From positions 1-41,827 of the forward strand of contig JAPWUR010000002.1 in assembly GCA_028275385.1 (NCBI GenBank): a DNA stretch of 41,827 nt, read 5' to 3'. The notes under the pieces were generated by a model. The model searched no databases, was not told the DNA's origin, and saw only the letters and a program-made list of their open reading frames with translations. Origin of the DNA: Candidatus Bathyarchaeota archaeon (GTDB lineage Archaea; Thermoproteota; Bathyarchaeia; 40CM-2-53-6; CALIRQ01). Below are positions 9,905 to 19,197 of this stretch, in pieces (the first letter of the stretch is position 1; every line of letters begins with the position of its first letter). A program made the translations under genes and the position numbers.

Positions 9905-10183
9905 CTATCCCCAAATCACTTCCTCATCCTTCATTATGTTGAACCCGCTCGCGGAGAGCCTCTCCACGTCCAGGGCCAAATATGGCACGAGGGCCGATTC
10001 CTGGCCGATGAACTCGAAGGGGCCGCCGCAGACGCTGCACACCTTATTGGCCATGGCCTCGTGGACCAATGGGGCGTAATATGGGTTGGCGATGACCGCG
10101 ACCCCTATTTGGGAATCGCTCGGGTGCCCTGCGAAGTTCGCGCACCTGAACAGGAGCCAGATGCTCCACCTCTCCTCCGCCAT
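9905..10183 (-). CDS. Small hypothetical protein, possibly Zn-binding (C-x5-H...CxxC)
   Basis: 92-aa ORF with protein-like composition filling an intergenic gap; RCANFAGH and CSVCGGPF. Confidence 0.6.
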   Translation of the reverse strand: MAEERWSIWLLFRCANFAGHPSDSQIGVAVIANPYYAPLVHEAMANKVCSVCGGPFEFIGQESALVPYLALDVERLSASGFNIMKDEEVIWG

Positions 10184-10291
10184 CCGGATGCGCCTCGTGG
10201 CCCAATAATCCCGGGTGGCCTAATAACGATTGCGGGCTCCTGGATGGAAACCGTTAAAATCGAATGCCCACCATATCATCCGGGGAAGGAT

Positions 10292-10609
10292 ATGGCATTG
10301 GGGGTCAAATACATACAACTGAGGTCGCTCGAGGACCTGGTCAAGATAGTGGCGGCATCGCCCATGTCCTTCATCCAGCATTACTTCGATGGGCGATACC
10401 ATTTCTACTTCATAAACGTGCTCTTCGCGGGCGGTGGGGCGCTCATATACTTCGTCAAATCCGAGGAGGGGATCGATAAGAAATACATAATATTCGATTC
10501 CATCAGGGGCAGGATCCTATTCAGCGATTCCATAAGCACGGATGCGAACGCCAGGACGATACCCCTGATCGAGGTCGAGAGGCAGAACGTGCTCCCCGAG
10601 GGGCTATAG
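10292..10609 (+). CDS. Conserved TACK hypothetical protein ('cren protein'-like)
   Basis: YIQLRSLEDLVK...YFV...KYIIFD...IPLIEVERQN pattern recalled from small crenarchaeal conserved proteins. Confidence 0.65.
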   Translation: MALGVKYIQLRSLEDLVKIVAASPMSFIQHYFDGRYHFYFINVLFAGGGALIYFVKSEEGIDKKYIIFDSIRGRILFSDSISTDANARTIPLIEVERQNVLPEGL

Positions 10610-10696
10610 GGCGATCCGGCCGGGATCGGCCTCGATTAATTTTTTAACCGATCCCCCCAAAGGACCGAATCGGTAAGGGCGTTGGGCTTAAGGCAC

Positions 10697-11074
10697 ATGA
10701 GGGGGATCCCCAGCGGCAGGGAGGCCCTGAGGGCGCTCAAGCGCATGGGGATGCAATTCGATGAGCTCGAGGGCGTCAGCAGGGTCTCGATAGAGCTATC
10801 GGATAGGAGGATAATCATCGAGGGCCCGGTGGTCGCCGCGATAACGATCCAGGGCCAGAGGATGTACCAAATCAGCGGCGGCGTGGAGACGGAGGAGCCC
10901 ATAAGGGCCGAGGCGGCCGCGGCGCAGATAAGGGACGAGGACGTGGAGCTCGTTGCGCAGCAGGCCGGCGTCGGGCCGGAGGAGGCGAGGAGGGCCCTGG
11001 AGGAATCGGGCGGGGACCTGGCCAAGGCGATAATAGCCCTCAGGGAGAGGGCGGGCCGATCGGGGCCGGGATAG
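10697..11074 (+). CDS. nac: Nascent polypeptide-associated complex protein
   Basis: LKRMGMQ...YQISG NAC domain plus UBA-like EDVELVAQQAGV...GDLAKAI. Confidence 0.93.
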   Translation: MRGIPSGREALRALKRMGMQFDELEGVSRVSIELSDRRIIIEGPVVAAITIQGQRMYQISGGVETEEPIRAEAAAAQIRDEDVELVAQQAGVGPEEARRALEESGGDLAKAIIALRERAGRSGPG

Positions 11075-11118
11075 ATTTAAGGGGCCCATCGGGCCCCATA
11101 ATGCCCGGGGGTCCGCGG

Positions 11119-11349
11119 ATGCGCGCCGAGTACTCGCCCATGGCTTGGCTCGGGATCGCGTTGATCGCCATCGGGGCGGCGCTGCTGTTGATCCCCTACT
11201 TGGCCGAGCGGATGCCGGAGCTCGGGAGGCTCCCGCCGATAATCCTCTACGTATATCGCAAGGGCGATCTATATTTGGCGACGTCGCCGATCCTGATAAT
11301 CGCATCCCTGCTAGCGCTATTGGCCCTCGTATTGACGAGGAGGGCCTGA
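11119..11349 (+). CDS. Small two-TM membrane protein (DUF2905-like)
   Basis: Two hydrophobic helices around GRLPP...KGDLY...PI. Confidence 0.6.
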   Translation: MRAEYSPMAWLGIALIAIGAALLLIPYLAERMPELGRLPPIILYVYRKGDLYLATSPILIIASLLALLALVLTRRA

Positions 11350-11358
11350 GGGGGCCGC

Positions 11359-11892
11359 TCAGCGCTCAGATCCGTATCGATTGAAGTGGACCAGCTTCTC
11401 GAGCCTTATCCTCGGCGGCGGCCTCGGGCTCTCGGCCGGGAACCCGATGGGGATTATGGCTATGGGCCTCAGCCAGGGCGGGAGGCCGAGGGCCTCCATC
11501 ACCTCGCCGTCCCTATAGGCCCCGACCCAGCAGGCGCCCAGCCCCAGGGCGTGGGCCGCCAGGAGGATGTTCTCGACGGCCGCCGCCGCGTCCATGAGGC
11601 AATAGAGGTTCCTGCCCCTATCCCCGTACCTGCTGGCCGACCTCTCCCTATTGGCGCATACTACGATGTCGACCGGCGCCTCCTCTATGAAGCCCTGGCC
11701 GAGCGCGGCCTCGGCCAATCGGGCCTTGACATCGGGGTCAGTTACGATCACGAAATCCCTGGCCTGGCAATTCCCGGCGGATGGGGCCCATTGGGCGGCC
11801 TCGAGTATCCTCTCGAGGGCCGGATCCGGGATCGGATCCGGCTTGAAGGCCCTGACGCTCCTCCTCCCCCTGATAGCCTCGAACAAGTCCAT
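11359..11892 (-). CDS. Nitroreductase family protein
   Basis: RRSVRAF, APSAGNCQ and AHALGLGACWVG. Confidence 0.93.
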   Translation of the reverse strand: MDLFEAIRGRRSVRAFKPDPIPDPALERILEAAQWAPSAGNCQARDFVIVTDPDVKARLAEAALGQGFIEEAPVDIVVCANRERSASRYGDRGRNLYCLMDAAAAVENILLAAHALGLGACWVGAYRDGEVMEALGLPPWLRPIAIIPIGFPAESPRPPPRIRLEKLVHFNRYGSER

Positions 11893-11993
11893 GGGGAGTC
11901 CATTGCCCGGCCGTCGTATTCAAGGTTTCCCCAGCCGATCCCGCCTAGCTTATTAAGGATCTCGGCCAATTGGCAAGGCCCGGGGGGCGGGGC

Positions 11994-13259
11994 TTGGGCA
12001 TAGCCCTCAATACGGACCTCTACGAGCTGACGATGGCCCAAAGCTATCTCGAGAACGGGAAGACGGATAGGGCCGTCTTCAGCCTATTCGTCAGGGACCT
12101 GCCCAGGGATAGGAACTTCCTCGTCGCGGCCGGGCTTCAAACGCTCGTTGAGAGGATAAGGGGATTCAGGTTCTCGGATGAGGACCTGGCCTATTTGGAG
12201 GGCCTCGGGAGGTTCTCCGGGGATTTCCTAGATTACTTGGAGCATTACGAGTTCCGGGGGAACCTATACGCGATCCCGGAGGGCAGGATCGCCTTCCAAA
12301 ACGAGCCCCTGGTCCAGGTCGAGGCGAGCCTCCCGGAGGCGCAGATATTGGAGACGATCGTCATCAATACCATACATTTCCAAACGGCCATCGCCTCGAA
12401 GGCCGCCAGGAGCTTCCTGGCCTCAAGGGGGAGGCGCCTCATCGATTTCGGCCTCAGGAGGGCCCATGGGCTCGAGGCCGGGGCGCTGGCCGCCAGGGCG
12501 GCCTTCATAGCCGGCATCGGGGCCACGTCGAACCTAGAGGCCGGGAGGAGGTTCGGGATACCCGTCGTCGGGACCATGGCCCATTCTTACGTGATGGCCT
12601 TCGACGACGAGGCAAGGGCCTTCGAGGCCTTCGCGAGGAGCTTCCCGGACAACGCCATATTCCTGATCGATACCTACGATACGCTCGCGGCGGCCGATAA
12701 GGTGATCGAGCTGGCCAAGAGGGGGGTCCCGGCGATGGCCGTGAGGATAGACAGCGGGGATTTGGGCGCGCTCTCGAGGGAGGTGAGGGCCAAGCTGGAT
12801 AGGGCCGGGCTTGGCCACGTGAGGATAATCGCGAGCGGGGGGCTCGACGAGCGGGACGTCGAGGCCCTGCTGCGCTCCGGGGCCCCGATAGATTCCTTCG
12901 CCATGGGCACCAAGACGGTCACGTCGGCGGATGCGCCATACTTGGACATAGCCTATAAGCTGGTCGAATACGGGGGCGAGCCAAAGGCGAAATCGAGCCC
13001 GGGGAAGGCCACGTTCCCGTATAAGCGCCAGGTCCTCAGGCATTACAGGGATGGCCTGATGGATCACGATGAGGTGGTCAGGTACGATGAGGCGCCCGAG
13101 GGGGGGCTGGTGATACGGGTCATCGAGGGCGGCAGGGCCGTTTACGATTTCCCGAGCCTGGAGGATCTGCATAGGGCGTTCCTGGAGGACGTGGGCAGGC
13201 TGCCGGAGCGCTTGAGGGGCCTGGGGAAGGCTGAATACGAGGTCGTGATAAGGCCCTGA
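11994..13259 (+). CDS. pncB: Nicotinate phosphoribosyltransferase
   Basis: TDLYELTM, DFGLRRAH, GTMAHS, LIDTYD, RIDSGD and YKLV. TTG start, alternative 11970. Confidence 0.93.
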   Translation: MGIALNTDLYELTMAQSYLENGKTDRAVFSLFVRDLPRDRNFLVAAGLQTLVERIRGFRFSDEDLAYLEGLGRFSGDFLDYLEHYEFRGNLYAIPEGRIAFQNEPLVQVEASLPEAQILETIVINTIHFQTAIASKAARSFLASRGRRLIDFGLRRAHGLEAGALAARAAFIAGIGATSNLEAGRRFGIPVVGTMAHSYVMAFDDEARAFEAFARSFPDNAIFLIDTYDTLAAADKVIELAKRGVPAMAVRIDSGDLGALSREVRAKLDRAGLGHVRIIASGGLDERDVEALLRSGAPIDSFAMGTKTVTSADAPYLDIAYKLVEYGGEPKAKSSPGKATFPYKRQVLRHYRDGLMDHDEVVRYDEAPEGGLVIRVIEGGRAVYDFPSLEDLHRAFLEDVGRLPERLRGLGKAEYEVVIRP

Positions 13260-13523
13260 GGGTTCTTTTGGTGATTTGCCTCTTGTGGCGGTTCCCCTCA
13301 AGGCAATGGGGACCTCCAAATATCTTAAAACTTTCCAAAGATGTTTTCAGGAATATTCATGTATCCCATAAATTTGTTATGTTATATTATTCGAGAAGCG
13401 CAGCGATAGGATTAACATTTTCTGAGGTTTTCAAATCTCATTATTCAGGCGGATGTAATTTCCCCCAGCCAAGGCGGTGGCAGGGCGTAATGCGATCACG
13501 CCTTTGGGAAATCGCCCTTGGGC

Positions 13524-14468
13524 CTACCCCGACTCGGATGGGACGCCCCCGCGATCACCCTTAACGAGCGCTATGCGCTTGCAATAAGCGCATATATCGC
13601 CCTGGGATGGGAAGCCGCAGATCCTGCATTTCGAGAACTCAGGCCTCGGCGCGATGCCCTCGATGAGCGGCATCAGCTCGAGGAACCTGTTCAGCAATTG
13701 ATGCCTGAACTGGGGATTGCGCTCCGATGCGGCCTCCAGGAGGCCCGCCATCCTCCTGACCTTCGCGCCCTTTGAGAACGGGCAGCCGATCTCCTTGAAC
13801 CTTATCCCCCGGTATAGGCAATAGAGCAGGTCCTCCCTCTCGGGGGACCTTATCAGGGGCTTCACCCTCGCCGCCATCCCCTCCGCCAGAGGCGGCAGGA
13901 CCGGCTTTAGCCTCACGAACTGGCCCCAATAGCCGTGCAGGAAGTTATCGAGCATTATCCCGACCATATCGTCCAAGTTATGGCCCGTCGCGAGTACCCT
14001 CGCCCCGGCCCTCATCGCCAGCTCCTCGAAGAGGCGCCTCTTTATCGTCCCGCAGGCGGAGCAGATCTTCCCCTTGAAGGCCGTTCCCTCGAAATCCCCG
14101 ATCCCTATTCCGAGCTCCCTCCCGAGGTCGAACGTCAGCAACTCCACGCCCAGCTCCCCGGCCAGCCCCTCCGCGATCGATTGGCAATGCGCCGAGTACT
14201 CCGGTATGCCCAGGTTGACGTGCAGGGCCACCAGGTCCAACCCCGGGAAGGCGCTCCTCAGCGCGTGCAAAAGGGCCCCGCTATCCTTCCCGCCGGAGAT
14301 CGCGACCCCGACCCTATCGCCCTCCCGGAACATCCGGAACTCCTCGACCGTCCTCCTGACCCTGGAGACGAAGAAATCCGAGAAGCAATCCGGGCATAGC
14401 CGGAGCCTGGCGTAAGGGAGCTCCACCTCGGCGGCGGCCGAGCGGCACCTGCCGCAAACCCCGGGCAT
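13524..14468 (-). CDS. TtuA/Ncs6-family tRNA 2-thiolation protein
   Basis: PP-loop SGGKDS, CSAC, TGHNLDD, CPF and N-/C-terminal Zn fingers. Confidence 0.85.
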   Translation of the reverse strand: MPGVCGRCRSAAAEVELPYARLRLCPDCFSDFFVSRVRRTVEEFRMFREGDRVGVAISGGKDSGALLHALRSAFPGLDLVALHVNLGIPEYSAHCQSIAEGLAGELGVELLTFDLGRELGIGIGDFEGTAFKGKICSACGTIKRRLFEELAMRAGARVLATGHNLDDMVGIMLDNFLHGYWGQFVRLKPVLPPLAEGMAARVKPLIRSPEREDLLYCLYRGIRFKEIGCPFSKGAKVRRMAGLLEAASERNPQFRHQLLNRFLELMPLIEGIAPRPEFSKCRICGFPSQGDICAYCKRIALVKGDRGGVPSESG

Positions 14469-14523
14469 GGGGCATCGGGCCCCAAGGGATCGCCGGCCAT
14501 AAAAAGGGTTCGAGCCCGGGGGG

Positions 14524-14611
14524 TGGCGCCGGGAGTGGGATTCGAACCCACGAGGCCCGGAGGGCCACAGGCTCTCAAGGCCTGCGCCTTAGTCCGCTCG
14601 GCCATCCCGGC
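14524..14611 (-). tRNA. tRNA-Ser(TGA), intronless, CCA encoded
   Basis: GCCGGGA acceptor, CAGGC-CTTGAGA-GCCTG anticodon arm, long variable arm, GTTCGAATC, G73-CCA. Confidence 0.97.
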
Positions 14612-14663
14612 CGGCCGAATCCCTTATTGGGGCGGGCCTAAATCCTTTTGCCCGGGGAGGGCG

Positions 14664-15104
14664 TTGGAGGGGGCCAAGGGCTTCAGGCAGCTGGAGCACA
14701 GCGGCGATGCCTATCTGGAGGCGTGGGGGCGGACCCTCGAGGAGGCGTTCGAGGCCGCCGCGATGGCCCTATTCGACGTTATGACCGATCTGGCCGCGAT
14801 AAGGCCGATCGCCGAGGATCGATTCGAGGTGGAGGGCGGGGATTTGGAGGAGCTCCTATACGGCTGGCTCGAGGCGCTGCTGGTGAAGTTCGATTCAGAT
14901 CAAATGCTATACTCGGATTTCAGGGTCCAAATACGCGAGGGGCCGGGGGGGCGGGGCCATCGCCTCACCGGGATCGCCCGCGGCGAGGCCTATGAGCCCG
15001 GGAGGCATCCCTCGAAGACCGAGGTCAAGGCCGTCACTTACCACGGGATGGAGATCCGGGCATCGCCGGAGGGCGCTAGGGTGAGGTTCCTATTGGACCT
15101 ATGA
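14664..15104 (+). CDS. Archease (RtcB cofactor)
   Basis: LEHSGDA and EVKAVTYH...FLLDL; immediately upstream of rtcB; TTG start. Confidence 0.93.
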   Translation: MEGAKGFRQLEHSGDAYLEAWGRTLEEAFEAAAMALFDVMTDLAAIRPIAEDRFEVEGGDLEELLYGWLEALLVKFDSDQMLYSDFRVQIREGPGGRGHRLTGIARGEAYEPGRHPSKTEVKAVTYHGMEIRASPEGARVRFLLDL

Positions 15105-15171
15105 GGGGGAAGGTTAATTTGGGCGCTGGCCCATTCTAGGGGCATCGAGCCGATTTGGGAGGTATCGAGCC

Positions 15172-16629
15172 ATGGTTTTCCCATCGAGCGCCCTGAAGCG
15201 GGTCGATAGATACGTTTGGGAGATACCCCAATCCTATAAGCCGGGGATGAGGGTCCCCGGCAGGGTTTACGCGGACGAGGCCCTGTTGGAGAAGATGCTC
15301 TCCGATGCCACCTTGGAGCAATGCGCCAACGTCTCCTTCCTGCCGGGCATATACAAATGGTCCATCACGCTCCCGGATGGCCACGAGGGCTATGGGTTCC
15401 CGATAGGCGGGGTCGCCGCCACCGATTACGACGAGGGCGTCATCAGCCCGGGTGGAGTGGGCTACGATATCAATTGCGGCGTCAGGGCCATAGCCACGAA
15501 CCTGACCGAGGAGGACGTCAGGCCCTCGCTCTCGAAGCTCCTCGCCACGATGTTCGAGCTGATACCATCGGGCCTCGGGAGCCGGGGCCAGATAAGGCTC
15601 TCGCCATCGGAGCTCGATAGGGCCGTGGAGGAGGGGGTCCGGTGGGCCATAGATAGGGGATACGGATGGCCCGAGGACGCGGAGAATTGCGAGGAGGGCG
15701 GTTGCATGGAGATGGCCGACGCATCCAAGGTATCCCAAACGGCCAAATCGAGGGGGGCCCCGCAGCTCGGGAGCCTCGGGAGCGGGAACCATTTCATAGA
15801 GATCGATCGCGTGGATAGGATCTTCGACGAAAGGGCCGCGAAGGCGTTCGGGATAGAGGGCGAGGGGTCGATCGTCGTCTTCGTCCACACGGGCAGCAGG
15901 GGGTTCGGGCATCAAATATGCAGCGATTACCTGAGGGTCATGGAGAGGGCCACGCATAAGTACGGCATAAAGCTGCCCGATAGGGAGCTGGCCTGCGCGC
16001 CGAGCAAGAGCAAGGAGGCTGAGGATTACCTCCCGGCCATGGCGGCCGCCTGCAACTTCGCTTGGGTCAATAGGCAGATGATAACCCATTGGACGAGGGA
16101 GGCGTTCCAGAAGACCTTCAAGAGGCCCGCCGAGGAGTTCGGCCTGAGGCTGATATACGACGTGGCCCACAACATAGCCAAGATCGAGGAGCACAGGGTC
16201 GATGGGGGGGTTAGGAAGGTCTTCGTCCACAGGAAGGGCGCGACGAGGGCCTTCCCGCCGGGCCACCCGGCGATCCCGAAGGCCTATAGGGAGCTGGGCC
16301 AACCGGTCCTGATACCGGGCAGCATGGGGACGAGCTCTTGGATAATGCTGGGCTCGCAAAGGGCCATGGAGATAAGCTTCGGGTCGACGGCCCACGGCGC
16401 CGGCCGATACTTGAGCAGGGCCGAGGCGAAGAAGCGGTATTGGGGCAGCGATGTGAAGAAGGGCCTGGAGGAAAGGGGCATCCTGGTCATGGCGGCGAGC
16501 ATGGCCGTCGTCAGCGAGGAGGCCCCCGAGGCCTATAAGGACGTCGATAGGGTCGCCGAGGTCAGCCACGCGCTCGGGATAGCCACGAAGGTCGCGAGGC
16601 TCGTCCCGATAGGGGTCGCGAAGGGCTAG
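15172..16629 (+). CDS. rtcB: tRNA-splicing ligase RtcB (no intein)
   Basis: PDGHEGYGFPIGG, GYDINCG, GSGNHF, HTGSRG, HRKGAT, STAHGAGR and EEAPEAYK. Confidence 0.97.
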   Translation: MVFPSSALKRVDRYVWEIPQSYKPGMRVPGRVYADEALLEKMLSDATLEQCANVSFLPGIYKWSITLPDGHEGYGFPIGGVAATDYDEGVISPGGVGYDINCGVRAIATNLTEEDVRPSLSKLLATMFELIPSGLGSRGQIRLSPSELDRAVEEGVRWAIDRGYGWPEDAENCEEGGCMEMADASKVSQTAKSRGAPQLGSLGSGNHFIEIDRVDRIFDERAAKAFGIEGEGSIVVFVHTGSRGFGHQICSDYLRVMERATHKYGIKLPDRELACAPSKSKEAEDYLPAMAAACNFAWVNRQMITHWTREAFQKTFKRPAEEFGLRLIYDVAHNIAKIEEHRVDGGVRKVFVHRKGATRAFPPGHPAIPKAYRELGQPVLIPGSMGTSSWIMLGSQRAMEISFGSTAHGAGRYLSRAEAKKRYWGSDVKKGLEERGILVMAASMAVVSEEAPEAYKDVDRVAEVSHALGIATKVARLVPIGVAKG

Positions 16630-17375
16630 GGCGCCAGATCGGCCCCGGCCGGGATGAAGAGGTCCTCATCCCCGGCCCCGGCCGCCCTGAGGAGGGCGAT
16701 CGCGTAGGCCGTCCGCCCGACGGATCCGGGGTCATGGGCATCGCTGCCGATCGAGATCTTGACGCCCTGCCTGAGGCACTCGCGCGCGAATGCCTCATCC
16801 GGGACCCTCCAAACCCCGCTGGCCTCCATCGCGACCCCGTTATCGGCGGCGGACCTTATCAGGCTCCGGATCCAATCGGGCGTCAGGAGCCTCCCGGAAT
16901 CCGCCCTCAGGTCCTCCGGGAGCCACGTGGGATGGGCCAATACGTCCAATAGCCCGGATTCCATGGCCCTCGAGGCGGCGATCCTCATGGATTCCACGAA
17001 GGCCCTCGGATCCAGGACCGGTGTCGGATCGTCCCAGAATACGACGCCCCTCAGCCTATGCAATCCGCCTATGACGAAATCCACCGAGGCCCTGGCCTCC
17101 CGGGAGATAGATGGGCTCCCATCCTCGAATATCTCGACCTCCACGCCCCTGATGGCCCCGGCGCCCCCGACGGCGCTCAGATAGGCCGGGAGCTCGGCCC
17201 TGGAGATGGCCCTCCTCCCCGGGCACGGCGATTCCTCGTAGTGGTCCGTTATGGCGAATAGCTCCAAGCCCCTCCGGCGGGCCGCGGCGACCACGTCCTC
17301 GATGGAGCCCTTCCCATCGGAGAGGGACGTGTGGATGTGCAAATCGATCCTTTGGGCCCTGAGGGGTCCTGGCAT
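16626..17375 (-). CDS. PHP-domain phosphoesterase
   Basis: DLHIHT..SDG, ITDH, LAHP and GSDAH. Confidence 0.9.
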   Translation of the reverse strand: MPGPLRAQRIDLHIHTSLSDGKGSIEDVVAAARRRGLELFAITDHYEESPCPGRRAISRAELPAYLSAVGGAGAIRGVEVEIFEDGSPSISREARASVDFVIGGLHRLRGVVFWDDPTPVLDPRAFVESMRIAASRAMESGLLDVLAHPTWLPEDLRADSGRLLTPDWIRSLIRSAADNGVAMEASGVWRVPDEAFARECLRQGVKISIGSDAHDPGSVGRTAYAIALLRAAGAGDEDLFIPAGADLAP

Positions 17376-17442
17376 GGCCGGCGATCCCGCGGCGCATGGC
17401 CCTCCAAAACATTAAAAACCTATTGGGGCATCTCAATCCCGC

Positions 17443-17517
17443 GCGGCCGTAGTCTAGCCTGGCCCAGGACGTTGGCCTTCCAAGCCAATGACCCGGGTTC
17501 GAATCCCGGCGGCCGCA
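17443..17517 (+). tRNA. tRNA-Gly(TCC), intronless
   Basis: GCGGCCG acceptor, TTGGC-CTTCCAA-GCCAA anticodon arm, GGTTCGAATCC. Followed by CCT, so CCA is only partly encoded. Confidence 0.97.
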
Positions 17518-17880
17518 CCTCTGAAGCCGCGCCCGAGATGGCTTAATGCGCGGCTCGGCCATCTCGACCAAGCCCTCCGGGCCGAGCTCCCCACACGGGC
17601 CCGGGACCCCCGGTGATCCCGCGCTTATTGGGCCGGCCCTTTGGATCGCCCCGGATCTCGACGTGGGAGAGATAGGGGCCCCCATTCCCCCGCGGCGAGC
17701 CCGGACCTCGTTATAACGAGGCGATGAGCTCCTCGGGGATCCTCCCGATCAAGGAGGCCCCAGGCCCCCGTCCCAACCGATCCCGCGCCCCCCATCCCTC
17801 GCAGAGCATTCCCAAGGGGCTGCGATAGGCGATGGATCGCGCTGGGGGCGAGAACCCTGGGATGGGCTTGGAAGGGAGGA

Positions 17881-18117
17881 TCAGGGCGGCTCTATATCCT
17901 TGAACTTCGTGGTCCCGCGGAGTGTAAGCCCTATCGCGAACCTCCGGGGCTCCCCGCCGTTCGGGGAGCGATAGACCCCCTCGGCCTCCCATAGATCGCC
18001 CACGCGGCGGATCCTCCGGAATTCCACGCCGTATCCCTTCGGGCAAACCCTTTGGATCATCTTGATCGCCCTTTCCCTGACCTCTTGCTCCGTTATTCCG
18101 GGCCTCTCGAACCTCAA
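17881..18117 (-). CDS. Small hypothetical protein
   Basis: 78-aa ORF with TTG start and an amphipathic helix followed by beta-strand pattern. Confidence 0.55.
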   Translation of the reverse strand: MRFERPGITEQEVRERAIKMIQRVCPKGYGVEFRRIRRVGDLWEAEGVYRSPNGGEPRRFAIGLTLRGTTKFKDIEPP

Positions 18118-18258
18118 AATCGCGCCATCCCCGCCGCCCCTCCGCGGGCCTCCCTTGTAAACCTTTCCGAGGGGGCCTCTCGATGCCCTCCATGGCCCCC
18201 TGTAAGCCCTGGAGATGCCCCGCCGGTGCGGCCCCCTCCCTATGGCCCATTCGACCCC

Positions 18259-19032
18259 CTAGTCCCCATGCAGCTTCGGAGGGGCTTCCGGAACCTTCTT
18301 CCCGCATTCGGTGCAGAACTTCGCGCCGATGGGCAGGATCGCCCCGCACTCGAGGCAGATCCTCTTCGAGGGCCTAGCCGGCCCCCTCCGCCATGCCATG
18401 ACCGCCGCTAGGGCGATGAGGGCCAAAGCGATCGCCAAAAGCGCATATGGCCAGGCATCCCCCCTCGGGCCCGCCTCCACCCGCTCCGTGATCGTGAGGA
18501 GGCTTGTGGCCGTCGCTGTGATCGTGGCCGTCACGGTGGTCGGCGGCTGGGGCGGGGGCTTGATCGAGCTTAATAGCCATAACTCCACGTTCGTGGGCAA
18601 CTCAGCCATGCCGTACTGGTAGATGTAGTATGGGCGGGCGGGCTTTTGCCAGAACATGACGACTATGGGCCCGGGCTTGGCATCCTCGGGCACCCTGACC
18701 GATAGGCCCCCATGGAACCTCTGCCCAGCATAAACGAACCTATTCTCGAGGAGGGTCTCCGATGCCACGATCCGCCCACCGGCGGGCGTATATACGATCG
18801 CATAGGCGTAGTAGCCCTCGACCCAGCCGCTCCCCTCCGCCCGAACCGTGAAGTCGATCCTTGCGATCTCCCCGACCGCGACCTCCTTCGGATCGCAATT
18901 TATCGACTCGACCTTGAGGACGAACCTGCCCATCGGGGGGACGATGGGGTTCGCTTGGGCCCATGGGCTTATGAAGCCTATGAGGCCCGCAAGCAGAATC
19001 AAAGCCAAAAGGGAGGGGGACCTCGATCCCAT
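18259..19032 (-). CDS. Membrane-anchored protein: signal peptide, beta-rich domain, P/T-rich linker, TM helix, cytoplasmic zinc ribbon
   Basis: Hydrophobic N-terminus, PPPQPPTTVTATITATAT, TM YALLAIALALIALAAVMAW and CLECGA...FCTECG. Confidence 0.85.
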   Translation of the reverse strand: MGSRSPSLLALILLAGLIGFISPWAQANPIVPPMGRFVLKVESINCDPKEVAVGEIARIDFTVRAEGSGWVEGYYAYAIVYTPAGGRIVASETLLENRFVYAGQRFHGGLSVRVPEDAKPGPIVVMFWQKPARPYYIYQYGMAELPTNVELWLLSSIKPPPQPPTTVTATITATATSLLTITERVEAGPRGDAWPYALLAIALALIALAAVMAWRRGPARPSKRICLECGAILPIGAKFCTECGKKVPEAPPKLHGD

Positions 19033-19197
19033 TCCCGATGGTAAATGAGGGCCATTCAGGAATTATAAACCTTGCCCGAACGGGCATCAGGGCCCAGCGG
19101 ACCGATTGAAACCCATGAAGGGCCTAGGGCGGGGGCCATATGCCGCCACTTCAATTCCAAATCGTTATCGTTGAGCCCGCAGGGCCGAATCGAATTG

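Noticed and set aside
13288..13316. GTTCCCC...GGGGAC hairpin beside AT-rich DNA as a CRISPR repeat plus leader
   Set aside because: No second repeat, so an array cannot be supported.
13268..13564. 98-aa plus-strand ORF in the AT-rich gap
   Set aside because: No SD or recognisable motif, atypical composition, and it overlaps the thiolase 3' end.
15136..16569. Long antisense and alternate-frame ORFs (e.g. 15136-16569 minus, 2631-3827 minus, 19664-20854 plus, 20862-21920 plus)
   Set aside because: Shadow ORFs of well-supported genes in high-GC DNA; P/R/G-rich with no motifs.
15172..16629. Intein in RtcB (also considered for DP1 and HerA)
   Set aside because: Normal lengths and contiguous motifs; no intein termini or LAGLIDADG blocks seen.
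17520..17880. RNase P RNA or SRP RNA in the GC-rich gap
   Set aside because: No GAGGAAA(G/C)TCC P4 signature or SRP helix-8 motif was found on either strand.
19071..19112. CRISPR-repeat-like ending ATTGAAAC with a nearby palindrome TGCCCGAACGGGCA
   Set aside because: Single copy, no repeat-spacer periodicity and no cas genes.
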